A stretch of DNA of 64,000 bases from Massalongia carnosa (lineage: Eukaryota), in NCBI GenBank assembly GCA_965645245.1, contig OZ287084.1, positions 558,001-622,000 of the forward strand, in the 5' to 3' direction. Position numbers and translations under genes: made by a program. Shown here in pieces: positions 1 through 14,510 of the stretch. How positions within the stretch are numbered: the stretch's first letter is position 1; each line of letters starts with the position of its first letter. A model generated the notes under the pieces. That model was not told the DNA's origin, ran no database searches, and saw only the letters and a list, made by a program, of their open reading frames with translations.

Positions 1-1249
<1,249 letters not shown>

Positions 1250-1497
1250 AACACAGTGTAATGGAGTGAAGAGGGTATTTACAAGGTGACCACTGGGATT
1301 TGGAGCGAGCCTATCACTGTATGCCTACAGGCGCAAATTTTATAGAATCTGGATCTTAAAATTCGTTGGCCGTTCAAATGTTATCGATAACGCGGATGGG
1401 CTAACTTGACAAGTTCTAGCTTATTAGCTTGCCTTAACTACCACTTAAAACTTTCGAATATTTCTTCTCTGATGCTATTCTATTACTTTGAGCAATT
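1250..1497. promoter_or_regulatory. Compact divergent (probably bidirectional) promoter shared by DIM1 and PRP6
   Basis: Only 248 bp of AT-rich sequence separate the two divergent ATGs (1249 on -, 1498 on +). Confidence 0.6.
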
Positions 1498-4494
1498 ATG
1501 TCTGGACGTAAGGATTTTCTAAGCCAACCGGCACCTGAGAACTACGTTGCTGGTCTTGGTCGAGGCGCTACCGGATTTACTACTCGATCGGATCTAGGGC
1601 CAGCCAGAGAAGGACCCAGCGAGGATCAAATCAAAGAAGCTCTTGCAAAACGCGCGCAACAGCTTGGAGCTGCTCCACCAACTGCTTACGGCGCAACAGA
1701 GAAGAAGGAAGATAATGACGATGACGATGAACGGTTTCAAGATCCGGAAAACGAGGTCGGGCTATTCGCAAATGGCGCCTACGATAGGGATGATGATGAG
1801 GCGGATAGGATATACCAGGAGGTAGACGAGAAGATGGATAGGCGACGGAAGATAAGAAGGTTGGTTTTCCCTTTTCCTCTCCCCAAGCCCACCTCGTTAG
1901 TAAAGCATATGGTTTATCATATACCCGGGCATTGGATGAACAGATTACCGACTTGAAACCGTTCGATACGTATAGGGAAGCACGTGAAGCTCAGGAGCGA
2001 AAGGAGTACGAGGCCAATAACCCGAAGATCCAACAGCAGTTCGCCGACTTAAAGAGAAGTCTCGCCAGTGTCTCCGACGAAGACTGGGCAAACATACCTG
2101 AGGTCGGAGATCTTACGGGAAAGAACAGGCGTACAAAGCAGAACCAACGGCAAAGATTCTACGCTGTTCCAGACAGCGTAATTGCCGGAGCACGAGATTC
2201 TACCCAGTTTGATACAAGCGTAACAGATGACGGCTCTCAGGCAAATGGATCAGGTGCAGATAACATGGATGGTACGATGACGAATTTTGCAGATATTGGT
2301 GCTGCGCGGGACAAGGTCTTGCAAGTTAGACTTGACCAAGCTGCCTTAGGATCAGGCTCGGATTCTACAGCGGGTACCTCCACGAATATTGATCCCAAGG
2401 GATATCTGACTAGTTTATCAAAATCTGAGATCAAATCAGGCGAGGCCGAGGTTGGCGACATACAACGAGTCCGAGTTCTTCTCGAGTCTGTAATCAAGAC
2501 AAATCCGAAACATGCCCCCGGTTGGATTGCTGCGGCAAGACTCGAAGAAGTTGCTGGGAAGATTGTGGCTGCAAGAAACGTCATCGCTAGGGGCTGCGAA
2601 GTCTGCCCTAAAAGTGAAGACGCCTGGCTGGAGAATATCCGACTGAACGACAACCACAACGCCAAAATCATTGCGGCTAGAGCTATTATGAACAATGATC
2701 GATCTACGAGATTATGGATTGAAGCCATGAAATTGGAAACTGATCCGCGAGCGAAGAAAAGGGTTCTGCGTCGTGCGTTAGATATCATGAAAACTTCCGT
2801 GGCAATCTGGAAGGAAGCTGTCAACTTGGAGGAAGATCCTGCTGATGCCAGGTTATTACTTGCCAAAGCCACCGAGGAGATACCGTTATCGGCTGAGCTG
2901 TGGCTTGCCCTCGCGCGACTTGAGACCCCTGAGCAAGCTCAAAAGGTGCTCAACAAAGCTCGTAAGGCAATCCCTACTAGTTATGAAATTTGGATAGCCG
3001 CCGCAAGGTTACAAGAACAGATGGGAAATGCCAACAAAGTCAACGTTATGAAACGTGCGGTCCAATCACTTGCTCAGGAATCTGCCATGTTAAAGCGGGA
3101 AGAGTGGATATCAGAAGCTGAAAAGTGCGAGGACGAAAGAGCCATCCTTACCTGCGGAGCAATAATTCGAGAAACACTTGGCTATGGCTTAGATGAAGAC
3201 GATGACCGTAAAGAAATCTGGATGGACGACGCAAAATCGAGCATTGGAAGGGGTAAATACGAGACCGCGAGAGCTATATATGCCTATGCTCTTCGAGTCT
3301 TTATTAATAAGAAATCCATCTGGCTGGCAGCTGCTGACCTGGAGAAAAACCATGGCACTAAAGAAGCGCTCTGGCAGCTACTGGAAAAGGCTGTAGAGGC
3401 CTGTCCCCAAAGCGAAGTTCTTTGGATGCAGCTTGCCAAGGAGAAATGGCAATCTGGGGAGATCGACGACGCCCGCCGTGTGCTCGGTAAAGCCTTTAAC
3501 CAAAATCCCAACAACGAAGATATTTGGCTCGCAGCGGTCAAACTCGAGGCCGATAACCAGCAAACGGCGCAGGCTCGGGAGCTGCTCCAAACCGCGCGCC
3601 AAGAAGCGGGTACTGATCGCGTGTGGATCAAAAGCGTGGCCTTTGAGCGGCAACTCGGCAATGTGGTCGCCGCACTCGACCTCGTCACCCAGGCGCTACA
3701 GATATACCCTAACGCGGACAAGCTGTGGATGATGAAAGGCCAGATCTACGAGGCCGAAAACAAGCTCTTGCAGGCGCGGGAGGCCTACAACACCGGCACC
3801 CGCGTGTGCCCCCAATCGGTGCCGCTCTGGCTGCTCGCCTCTCGGCTCGAAGAAAAAGCCGGGGTGGTGGTCAAAGCCCGCTCAGTACTCGACCGTGCAC
3901 GCCTGGCAGTGCCCAAGAACGCGGCGCTCTGGACCGAGAGCGTGCGTGTAGAGCGGCGCGCCCGTAACGTAGCGCAGGCCAAGAATCTGATGGCCAAGGC
4001 GCTGCAGGAGGTTCCCGACTCGGGCCTGCTATGGAGTGAAAGCATCTGGCACCTGGAGCCTCGTACGCAGCGAAAGCCGCGCAGCCTAGAGGCCATCCGC
4101 AAGGTGGACAATGACCCTACGCTCTTCGTCACCGTGGCGCGCGTGTTCTGGGGCGAGCGCCGCTTGGATAAGGCGTCGAGCTGGTTTGAGAAGGCGATTT
4201 TGCTGGACGCCGACTTGGGCGATACGTGGGCGTGGTACTTGAAGTTTTTGAGCCAGCATGGAACGGATGTGAGTTTCTTAGAAGCTTTTGGCTCGGTCAC
4301 CCCTCATCTGTTACGTTTCAGCTCGCTGACTGTTCCCTTTGCCACCGCAGGAAAAACGCGAAGATGTCGTCTCCAAATGCGTGCTCAGCGAGCCCAAGCA
4401 TGGCGAAGTCTGGCAGGCTGTGGCCAAGGACCCCAAGAATGCGCACAAGAGCACCGAGGAGGTTTTAAAAACGGTGGCGGCGTTGCTGGAGTGA
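1498..4494 (+). CDS. PRP6: U4/U6.U5 tri-snRNP pre-mRNA splicing factor Prp6 (S. pombe Prp1), HAT/TPR repeats
   Basis: Exons 1498-1859, 1976-4268 and 4351-4494. N-terminal PAPENYVAGLGRGATGFTTRSDLGPA, then NPKIQQQFADLKRSL, DPKGYLTSL, TNPKHAPGWIAAARLEE and many HAT repeats. C-terminal EPKHGEVWQAVAKDPKN is followed by TGA. Confidence 0.97.
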
Positions 4495-5778
4495 AGAAGT
4501 TGTTTGGATTTTGGAGAAGGGGGGAAGGGGGAGGATGAGGAGGGAGGGGTGTGATGATCAGCTTCTGAGGAAAAGGATGGAATGGTGGCGACATACTATG
4601 ACACTATTATTAATACCCCATGCTTGAAAATCACTTTCTTAACCCTTTTTAACTTCCCTTGTCTTTCTCTACACACCAAACCCCCGATAATCGACAGCTC
4701 CTATTATAAACATCCACACATAAAAACCTCATCAAACGAATCCGGAAATCACTCCCCCGTCTCTCCCCCGTCCCTTCTAGGGAAGAATGCAAAGATGCTA
4801 GCAAAAGGGATATCCCTATGTATATATGTATGTCAACGCCACCATACCAGCTAGATCGCGTCCATCCATCCATCCGTCCATCCATCCCCCCCCCCCCCCC
4901 AAAAAGCCTTCTCGAACCCCAAACTCCTACACCAAAAAAAATAGCATACCAGACCGATCGAGAAAGGTTCTGCCCTCCAAACTCCAAAAACCAAGCAGGC
5001 TAAAGACGGTAAATAAATGAAGGGGAATTGGGGAGGGGTTATCATGTTGTGCGCGCTGCTAAACACCCCCATTAACGCCCAGGACAACCTAACTGCCAAC
5101 CAAACGCCCAAAACAAATGTCTCTGTGCAATCTGAACCCCCCCCACACCAATGTCGCCAGCCAACCAGCCAGCTAGCCAAGATGAACAATTCCCCCGCGC
5201 CTAGATTGCGTACCATGTATGCCGTGGATATAACAAGCGCGAAAATTGGCTGAGATAGTCGACGCCGGTGACGAGAGGAAGAAAGGAGGGAGGGAGGGGA
5301 GAGAGTTATCCACCGAGAACAATGGAAAAGCAGAGCTGGGAAATTGAAAAAAAGACAACTCCATAGGTATGCCAACACTGCTTTTGTCGCGACACTTTCC
5401 CACCTGCTTCTCCTCTGAGGTTGCTTTTCCCGAGATATTGTTGTGAAGGGGGGATCACAGACTGTGTTCTTTTGTCGGAAATACGTATGAGATAATGACA
5501 ACAAGCAGCCGCCCATCCTGCTCGTTGTTCCGTCGTGCTAGATATCATCCCTTTTTGTTTTGATGATCAACTCCTTGACTTAGCTAAAGGGCCTGGTTTT
5601 TGCGTGAGTACGGGGGAGACACAGAAAGGTCGCTTATATTCCGTGAGCGGTGGCTCGGCGTTTCACGGGCGTCTGCAGATCGCTTGTAGCTCCCCTTGAG
5701 ATGTGTACTTTCCTGTGTCTTGCAACAAACACCGTATCTCATCATAACATCCAGATTTGAGCCGGGGCATTTGCAGCT

Positions 5779-7379
5779 TCACGATCCGCCAGCCAAGACA
5801 CCGTCGAGCAGGCATCCCAACTGCGCACGATCGGCCGACCCTCCACCGTCCCACCCCCAATCTCGGTCGTCGACGTCGTCAGGATCATCATCCAGGACAG
5901 GACCACCATTCGTAACGCCATTCGTCCGTGCGCCCCCCATTTCCATCCCCTGCACGCCCACTTCTTGGTTACGCACCGCTCCCACCGCCGGCTTTGTTCT
6001 CCCCCAACCCTCGAGTACACCTTCTTCCCAACCACCCATGATGCTCTTGACTATGCCCGGCATCTGCCCTAGTTCACATCCCCCCACCCTAACCGCAAGC
6101 CTTAGATCGCCCATGCCGAGCCCGCGCCTCATGCTTGCCTCACGCGCTTCGATAGGCAGCAAACCATTGCTTAGCCCGCGCATCACCTCACCTTTCTGTA
6201 ACCCCTCCTCTTCGCGCTCTAGCTGTCTTCGATACTTGCGCGTCGATATGCCGTTGCCGCCTGCAGCGGGGATGTTGCTACGCGTACGCGCAAGGATTGA
6301 GGACAATACTGCTTTGATAAATTGTTCTGTGGCGGTGGCCATGAGCTCGGCGCACGTGGGGGCGCAGCCGTTAGGGAGGGATTCTTCGTAGCAAATGGGA
6401 ACCATGCGGCCGTAGATCGCGTCGGCATCAGGAAATTCGCCAGTTTCGGAGGCGAGGGGCTGAGAATACCGTTTGCGGATTTCGAGATCCCAATCTTTTG
6501 AGTGGAGGGTGAGGTCAGTCTGTGGAGATTGGAAGAGAGACGGAAGGGAGAAGAGGAGGTTTGGTAGGGGATTACTTGTTTTGTTTAGACCGCCCGCACT
6601 GGCGGGGACGGTGTCGGGTAGTCTGATCTGCTTGGCAAGATGGTATTCGGTCACCGACGTTGCTATACCGTGCGCCAGTAGATCAGTTACTTCAAACTGC
6701 ATTGAGATGATGGTATTAGCCATAGTAGGCGTAGAGAATCCGTCAAGCAGTTTGAGCGCTGCTCTCCTTGCATCATTGCCGCTCGCGAGAGTACACAAGT
6801 GACTCACATCAGGAACTTCTTTTAACCTCCGCCGTTCCCGGGCCGGTAGCTGCATGACCTCTGTCTTCAACCTCTGTTCAGCAGCATCCCCGGACACCGG
6901 TTTCGATAACACCATCGGTTTATCGTTCGCAGAAACCCATGGCGCAACCCCCTGGTCGGGGGGGTCTCGTATGATGTTTCCATAGATGGCAACTATAAGC
7001 TGATTGTGGAGATGTGCAGTTGATGGATCCGCGGTAACAAAATGGTCGATTCGTAAGGAGAGCTCATTCTGATTGAGATGGCCTGTGGGTTCGCATTAGC
7101 CAGCTTATGCATGCTTGGAAGTCAAGCTTGCCGGCAATATATACCCAGTACGAAGAGACTGATAGCCTCCTTGTAAGTCCCCCATTTATCTCCTATGGCA
7201 GCTTTTAGACATGTGTATAGAGGTTCGAGGTCAATGCGCTGAGCGCTATTGGAAGGCTTTGTCGTCTTTACGGACAGGGGTACAGTAGATATAACCGACT
7301 TGGAACCGAGCAGAGAGGTAGAGATGGACTGGGAAAACGTGTCTAAACGGCTTAGAGCAGCGGGATCAATGTCGGGCAT
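5779..7379 (-). CDS. ADA1: SAGA complex subunit Ada1/Hfi1 (SAGA-Tad1 family)
   Basis: Exons 7379-7145 and 7082-5779, intron 7144-7083 (GTATAT..CAG). Motifs: RIDLEPLY..LK..IG..W..YK.AISLFVLGHLNQ.EL, HLHNQLIVAIYGN, PLASETGEFPD..I.GRM.PICYE. Confidence 0.88.
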
Positions 7380-7879
7380 CGTGGAGGCTGATGCTCCAGC
7401 AGGATGCGCCTGGGTCTTTCACGGCCGCCGGCGCCGCATGAATCACTACAACTAACTTGATACAGAGTTTGAAGGGGGTTTAGTGAAGGATGATGGCAAT
7501 GAATAGGTGAGGAAGTTTATGGTTTATCACTGATTGTATCTGTAATTCAGTACTAGAGGGGGAGGAATACGAAGTACAGATACAGCATTGATACGGATAC
7601 AGGTGTTTCATAATCTCGCACTCTGACGTAATTTATTCCTTGCCTGTAGTAGGGCTGAGCTATAGGACCAAATCGAAAGGGTTTCGGATCATCGACAAGT
7701 CTTAATCTTAGGGATTTTATATCTATAAGTTATCCTTCACACCCTTTTTCTGGCACGAACCGCATAATATCGGCATGATTTCAATCAATATCAACGCTAC
7801 ACAGCAATGGGAAGACTCATAATATGGGGTATAATGCGAAGCGGCAGTCCTTGTACATTTTCTTCTTCCTCCTGAACAA

Positions 7880-10800
7880 TCACTGTAACTTCAACATATC
7901 TTCATTCAAATTGCCAAATAGGCCTTCAATCTCCTTTCCAACTTCACGGATTTCCTTCGAGAGCTGTCCTGTGACCAATGCTAAAACAGGCCGCTGAGTT
8001 AGTAGGTATTCTAGGGGTAATGGAGAGCAAACTGACCGTAAGCATACAACAGAGCAAAATCCTTATCAGTGGTACCCGGCTTAGCGTGATTGCTCCGACG
8101 GAAACGGAAGATCTTTGCGAGCAATCGGTCCCGTGCATGGTCGGTGCTGGGTAGAGCCTCATTCAGAGGAAATTCGAGTTTCATCGATGATGCCAAGACT
8201 TGGGTCACGTTAGCGAAAGGCAAGAATCGAAGAATCAGAGCTTCTTGCCTTGCAGCAGGTGACTGATCCTGGAGCAAAGCTGGGCCCGTTCATCTATGGT
8301 ATATCGAAGAATTTCCGCCTCGCCCTCTGACGCTCTGGGATCTCTCATGATCACAACATTCATGGCATGAAATGCGTCCAACATGCTGGATGTACTTTTT
8401 AGTATCCTTCCATACGCTGCGTCTGGGAATGGCCCCCGAAGATCGATCTCCGAGGCTGCCGAACTCCGAAGATTTTCCAACCGAGTCAAAAAACGATGAA
8501 GCTCAAACTCTTCTCGAAGGTTCATGTAAGGATTAGCATGCTCGCCCTCGATAAGTGTTGCAAGAGGGTCTCGTTTCCAGATTAGGCCCATTCGGAACCA
8601 CAGAAGACTAAGGCCATCCTTGAATTTCCGTCTCGCGCTAATCGGCCAGATGAGGCGGGTAACAATAAGGCCCCAAAGACAACCGCTCAAAACGGCGACC
8701 ACACGGTGAAGAGCGATTTCAGTAATAACAGGATCAATGCCACCTTCGTCGTCGTCGTCGTCCAGATCCTTCACAGACAAGGAGTATGCGTAAAGAGCTG
8801 AAAGGTTATATGTAAGCATGATGAAGCGACCCATAGGACCCTTTCCTTGAGCCACGATAACATATGCTGTCCAGAGGGACATGAGCCAGCCGAATGCAGC
8901 CAAAGCAAACGGATTGCCCTTAGATACAGTCCATGCGGCGATAGCACAGATAGCGCCTATACATGTTCCTCCAAACCGGGCGTATCCCGTTGTGTTTGAT
9001 GCTCCAATGGTCATAGAGCATACCAGCATGTACGACAAAAGGCCCCATTCACCCCGCCAATGCTGATAGAAAGGTCGGGTCGATATAAGAAAAGATGGCA
9101 GGGCATACAATGCGGCACCTGTACCAACTTTGATTGCAAACTTTATGTCGTCCCGGCGGAAAACCCCCAGTGCTCTCCACAGCCGGTAACTATAAGAGTC
9201 GCTTTGATAGGTATTGCCAGACCCAAAGAAGAGTTCGGCTTTGGTTGTAGTTGAGCTAAGAATTCCACTGACATCTGATCCATCATTTTGATCAATGAGG
9301 CTGTCCCTTTCTAATATTCATAAGTCGTGATTGTCTAAATAACTCAGTAATTAATGGGGGTCATACCAGGATCTACCTTTGGTTCACAACCCTTGACTCT
9401 TCGGATCCTGCGCCAAAATTTAAGCCATTTCCAGGTCCTACCGTTGGGTCTTCCGTTCAGCTCGGTTTTCAGATCTTCCAGGATATCGAGATACGAATTG
9501 AGCTCATTGGCAAAGTCCTGAAGGGAGAAACTAAAGTGTCCACAACTCGCCGCAACTTCTTCAAAATCTGCCTCTAATTCCACAGGGCGTTCTCTGTTAA
9601 TGTCTTTGGTTTTATAAAGCAAAGCCAAAGACTTCTCTCGAGCGTTGGCGTACAGCGCAATGGCTTGAACCAAGCTTGATTTGAAATGGGCATTTACCGC
9701 AATCTGATAATCTGGTCCCGGTCCAAAAGGGAGTTCATCTAGGATTTGTTTCAATGTGATCGCCAGCGATTTCTTCAATATGAAGTCAGCTAGACAATAT
9801 GATCTCGGTAAAACACCAAAGCTTACCATAGACGGCCCGAGGTGTACAATGAACCTTGAAAATATATCTGCTGGGGTATTGAGGGTAGGAAGAAAGCTAT
9901 CATCATCTGAGGCTTCTCGGCCTCGATTCATTATTCCTCCCAAACTCCGGCTGTACTCTGAGGACTCATCAGTTGACATTAGCCCTGCAAAATGTTCAGA
10001 CGGCGACGTTACAGTATCGTCCAGGAATGAATGTAACGTATTGATCTGAGCAGACGAAAATATCGAGCTAATTGGCGTTGCTGCGCCTGCGTTTGCAGGC
10101 TGTGCTAAGAGGAGGAACTGAGTTGTAGCAGCACTACGAAGGCCACCAATATTCTGCGCAAGACGCTGCATACAGTTGACGAGCTTAGCCTCCAGGTGAT
10201 ATTGATTTTCAGTGCCCATAAAGTAATGTTCGAGCTTGGCTTCTTTCAAATTCTTAGTCAAGGATGTAAATACTGCTCGGTACTGACTTGATGCCCGCAA
10301 GGCTTGATCTTGTAGAAGTTCGTCCTCGGATCCCGTGAGGAAGCTTCGAGTAATCAATGTGAGCATGTCTGCAAATGAGTCGGTAACCTGGATCATATTC
10401 TCCCGCAATTCATTTCTCGCAGAGACTGGACTGATCAAAAATGAAACTGCCGTGGTCATAAACACCCCCATAATGATCATACGCATTACCTGCTTGATTT
10501 TGTCATCGGAGAATAAAGCAGCTTGTACCGCTCCCTCTTTGGTTAGCACCGTGATGATGGCTAAGCTGGTCAGCGAGCATGAAATGTTGACAAGTGGGTT
10601 GCCCAGTCGTTGTTTCACCCAGCCTACGAAGCCAAGGCCACCACCACAAAATACGATCAGAACAATAATGTGGCCCACAACTAGCAAATGAAACCTTTGG
10701 CCAAACAATATTGATACTCCCATACTCGTAAAGCAAATGAAAGCTGCATATACAAACGCAAGAACGGCCATAAGGATTGCTTCGAACATGCTCCCTTTTG

Positions 10801-11309
10801 ATCTCGCCGGATGAAAATACACTGTGATGGTGGCCACCATATGCTTGCCATCCTGCTGCCCAAGGATTTCTGCAATGAAAGGGACGAAGGTGGCCAGGCT
10901 TCCCAAAAAGTATGCCACACTGCACTTGAAAACCCCCCTTCCAGTTTTTGAGTTTGCAAATGTCCATGCCTGCTCCATAAGACTTGTCCAACTCTTGACA
11001 ACCGTTCTCATCGGCCCACGTTCCGAGTGCTGAGAGTTTTGATCTCCTAGCAAAGCTGAGCGTTCCGTGGAAGGTCCACTGCCGTTGGTGCCATGCAAAG
11101 CTGGTCGGTCCCCAAAAGTCACCGCTCTCTTCACGCGTTCTCCGGTTCTTGGGATAATTAGAGTTGCTTGACGAAGCTGCCAAAGCATCAGGAGTCAACT
11201 TGCTGTAACTATCAAAGATCCCATGAGATGACCACCGACGACTTACATTAGGCCTATACGGCCTCCGTGTTTGCGGAGCCACATGCGGTCCGTTAGCCTT
11301 AGATGCCAT
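7880..11309 (-). CDS. Multi-pass membrane protein, aromatic acid exporter / fusaric-acid-resistance-like (ArAE/FUSC) family
   Basis: Exons 11309-11247, 11176-9827, 9772-9367, 9310-8249, 8198-8037 and 7980-7880. Two hydrophobic blocks (KCSVAYFLGSLATF..HMVATITVYFHPARS and DDIKFAIKVG..WRGEWGLLSY..TIGAS) are separated by helical soluble regions. Intron 8248-8199 is GC-AG. Confidence 0.85.
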
Positions 11310-14300
11310 CGCAGGCCAATCATGCCATGGGCACGATCTCTGCAGCTAGACACGCATGTTGAGGGCGGAGGGGCGTTCAGATGAGAACTGTAGTGTTGTG
11401 CGTGACAGCGGCAATCCAGCACTAGCGCGATTTAAAACTTAAAAACGTTAACGAAAAGTAGAGACTTATGCTCAGTGGATACTACCGGTCAATACTACAT
11501 GATCTAGCTCTCTTTACGGCTAATCATTGGGGAAAAAAAAGGCTTTCACTACGGCAGGAAAAGATTCGGGGCACAATGGCCGAGATCCGGATGCATGAAG
11601 AGTTCATCCATACCCCTGATTGGTAGGAAAAGGAAGGTAAAGACAACCTTAAGACAATCGTATTTAGGTATCTTCTTTCTTTCCCTTTATCAAATGCGCC
11701 AGAACAACTAACGCTCATTGGATATAAAACACTTCAGAAGTCCGTAGCGCCACAATCATTGTGTTTCCTCCTCCGGACCTCAATCCTAGGGTTGCTCCAA
11801 TTGTGTTGTGATGAGCATGATCGGTCTGATGCAGACAGCGAAATGCAAAAATCGCTAGCTTTGTTATAAGATATTGACACTTCGCTTCAGGGAATTCTTG
11901 ATTTTGGAATAAAATCCATCTAGGGAGTACTACGAAGAGGGATGGGACGGACGGACGGGAGGGAGGGCTTCAGAGCAAAGCGGAAACAAGAAGTTGATCT
12001 AAGCTCGATATGGAGTGAGATATTTTTCAGTCCCTCTGGAGCCGACGAAGTCAGTTTTGGCCCAAATTGATTATGTTCGCATCTCGGGTTTCTAGAGTTA
12101 GATGACGAAATTTACAACCATTCATATTGTGATATCCGTTCCACAATCTGAGTTATCTCAGGCCTCGGCGTCAACCAAGAAAAAAAGAAGACAACTCTTA
12201 CAAGATCATCTTGAACCGCGGAACAGCAAACTAACGGCATGGCATCATTGCATGATTACTATCGATGTAGACAGGTAAGAGATTTCTGCCTACATCCCCC
12301 GGGAAAACTAGGTATTGCTATGTAGCTAAAGAATCATGGCTTGGAACAAGTTGCGGTTCAGGACGTATCGACCGCTCCGAATTCCTTATTCATTTTTATA
12401 TCTACCTTATGGGTGTTCAGTCCAACCTATTATGTGTCTTAGAACAGTTCTTTCTTTCCTTAAGTCTCCACTATGTTAGGTCCCATGGGCTTGAGCTCTG
12501 TATTTTAGATTGCTTTATCCAGCTTTTATTCATTGCAACCGCGTAGGTAGACAAGATGTATCCTTCCGTATGTATCATGCTCCTTCGCACGAGTTGCTCT
12601 TCAGATAATAGATCTTACGTTAAAGATCCAGACGACCGAGAAATTCTACATGCTGTTCGAAAGCACTGCTATTTTTCCTGGAGACAGTAACTTTATCGCC
12701 CTGAAAAGGAGGTACACGATTCATATCGGCTTTTCTTCCAGCGATTCTGCCACCCCACCCCAATTCTCCGGTAAAAATGGTAGCGTTGACAACGCAGCCT
12801 TTCCCAACACGAACGACATCAGCGCGTAGATCTCCCCAGCAGTCTTTTTCAAGCCGCCGAGCAACCCAATAGGATGAACACGTTAGAAGGTTTTTAGCGA
12901 TGGGATTATTATCGACACGACAAACGGGTACCAAGGTGTATCCTAGGTTTGGAGGAAACGAAGGAGGAAATCGAGGCGCAGCAACTTCCCTGCATAGATA
13001 AAAGCGCGAACCCCATTGAATCCCTTCCACACGACTCTACTGCCCCAAACACATGTTTGGTGGTTCATGATTCTATGCCAGTACATTGCCACCGTTTCTA
13101 GTCCCGTCCGTCAACTCCTTTCATCAGCTCCACCATCCTTCTACGCCGCCTGCCTCAACATAATAATGGCGGTGAAGACTCATGGAACATGAGTTGGTGC
13201 TACGTAGGCCTGATCTATAGATAGTCCTTTCCATCATCATCCATCTTTTCCTCTCCATCTTCCTTCCCATTCCATCCTCTCCCAGTTATTCCCCCCCTCC
13301 TCGCAAACCCAAAATTCCAACACCTCGGTTCTCCGACCAAGCACCAAGGAACAGTCAACTTGGAAATTAGTTATGAGGAGAAATCAGCTACCTGGCCAGC
13401 TTCGCGAACAACCAGAAACGGAGAAGCGCGAGGAGGATTTAACTAGTTTTGGGAATGTGACTGGGTTGGGATGCAATCCACCGTCATCACGAAGATGACG
13501 ATAAAGATGTTTTAGGCTTATCAAAATAATGAAATCGGTGTACTTGGAGAGAACATTCAGTTGTTTGACTATGACGTTAGCGATCGGCAAAAGGTTTTCT
13601 TGTGCTCGTGTGTCCTTTTTCCTGTTCGGGACCCATCTTTCGGCCATTGGGACGACCCAGAGCGTCGGGTGTGAAACCTCATGCCAACACTAAATCATGT
13701 AGGATTATACGATGAGGAAAGTTGAAGAGTATACAGCGTCGTTAGGGGCAGCATCCTAACTATCCTCTGACAGAAAGGTCTTCGCCAAGAAAGAAGGATA
13801 GACGTCTACTTGCAATACGTTGCCATTCTCTAATTCCTACTCCGTCTTCAAAGCCAACGGCTTGGAATACCTCGAAAGGGAGCATTCTCGAGATTGCTAG
13901 ACCTTGAGAGGTTTATAGGCCCGGCGAGGTGCTCGACGTCAATCCAGCTGCTCAGAGATGGTCATCTCATTCATGTATCTACTAAATGAAAAGCCGTCGA
14001 CATGCAGCAAACTCTTCTCGGGTTTGCCCCCCTGCGGTATCTTGACCTGGTTTAGAATCTCGGTATTTGCCTGACATGGCAAAAATGCAGTGAAACCCTT
14101 CGCGAACGATACTTTACATATGCACCCTCCCCGAGCCAGCTCTCGGACATACTCGCAAGCCTTGTCGTCACTTTCTCGATGCATCGTCGATACTGTACGA
14201 GCGTGTATCTTACCGGATTCCATCTTTCTCGTTATGCATCTGCATAAGACGGCTTACCTGTTGTCGAAGGTACCGAACATGTCCTTTTTCTCTTCATCCC

Positions 14301-14510
14301 CGTTCATGCGAAAAGCCTTGGAGTCTACTAGTTCAAACCTATTGGCTTATCGGGGGTAGAGCCTGTCAAGCATGAAAGCAAGGCGACTCCTTTGGGGAAA
14401 GCATTTGCCCGAGGCTAGGATATAATATCTCATGCCCGGATCCTCATATGGTTATCATTTATCCTATAGTACTTCGTTTCGGGCATATATATTCAAAATC
14501 ACACTATACC

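Noticed and set aside
2237..4300. Long antisense ORFs over PRP6, and similar ones over other GC-rich exons
   Set aside because: They are shadow frames produced by codon bias on the coding strand.
4582..5548. Multiple overlapping ORFs between PRP6 and ADA1
   Set aside because: They arise from low-complexity C/A-rich 3' intergenic sequence and give no consistent coding frame.
10503..11309. 268-aa ORF sharing the ATG of the ArAE/FUSC gene
   Set aside because: It reads through the first intron (GTAAGT at 11246) into a shadow frame and has no recognisable protein features.
12620..13030. 136-aa minus-strand ORF with several Cys
   Set aside because: It has no ATG start, signal peptide or recognisable domain. 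It may be a relic but cannot be supported.
13384..13647. ORF containing QENLLPIANV, reminiscent of the NF-YB histone fold
   Set aside because: The similarity does not extend further, and GCTAAC-GTCATAG there looks like an intron branch site and acceptor. I could not build a coherent gene in 11.5-14.4 kb.
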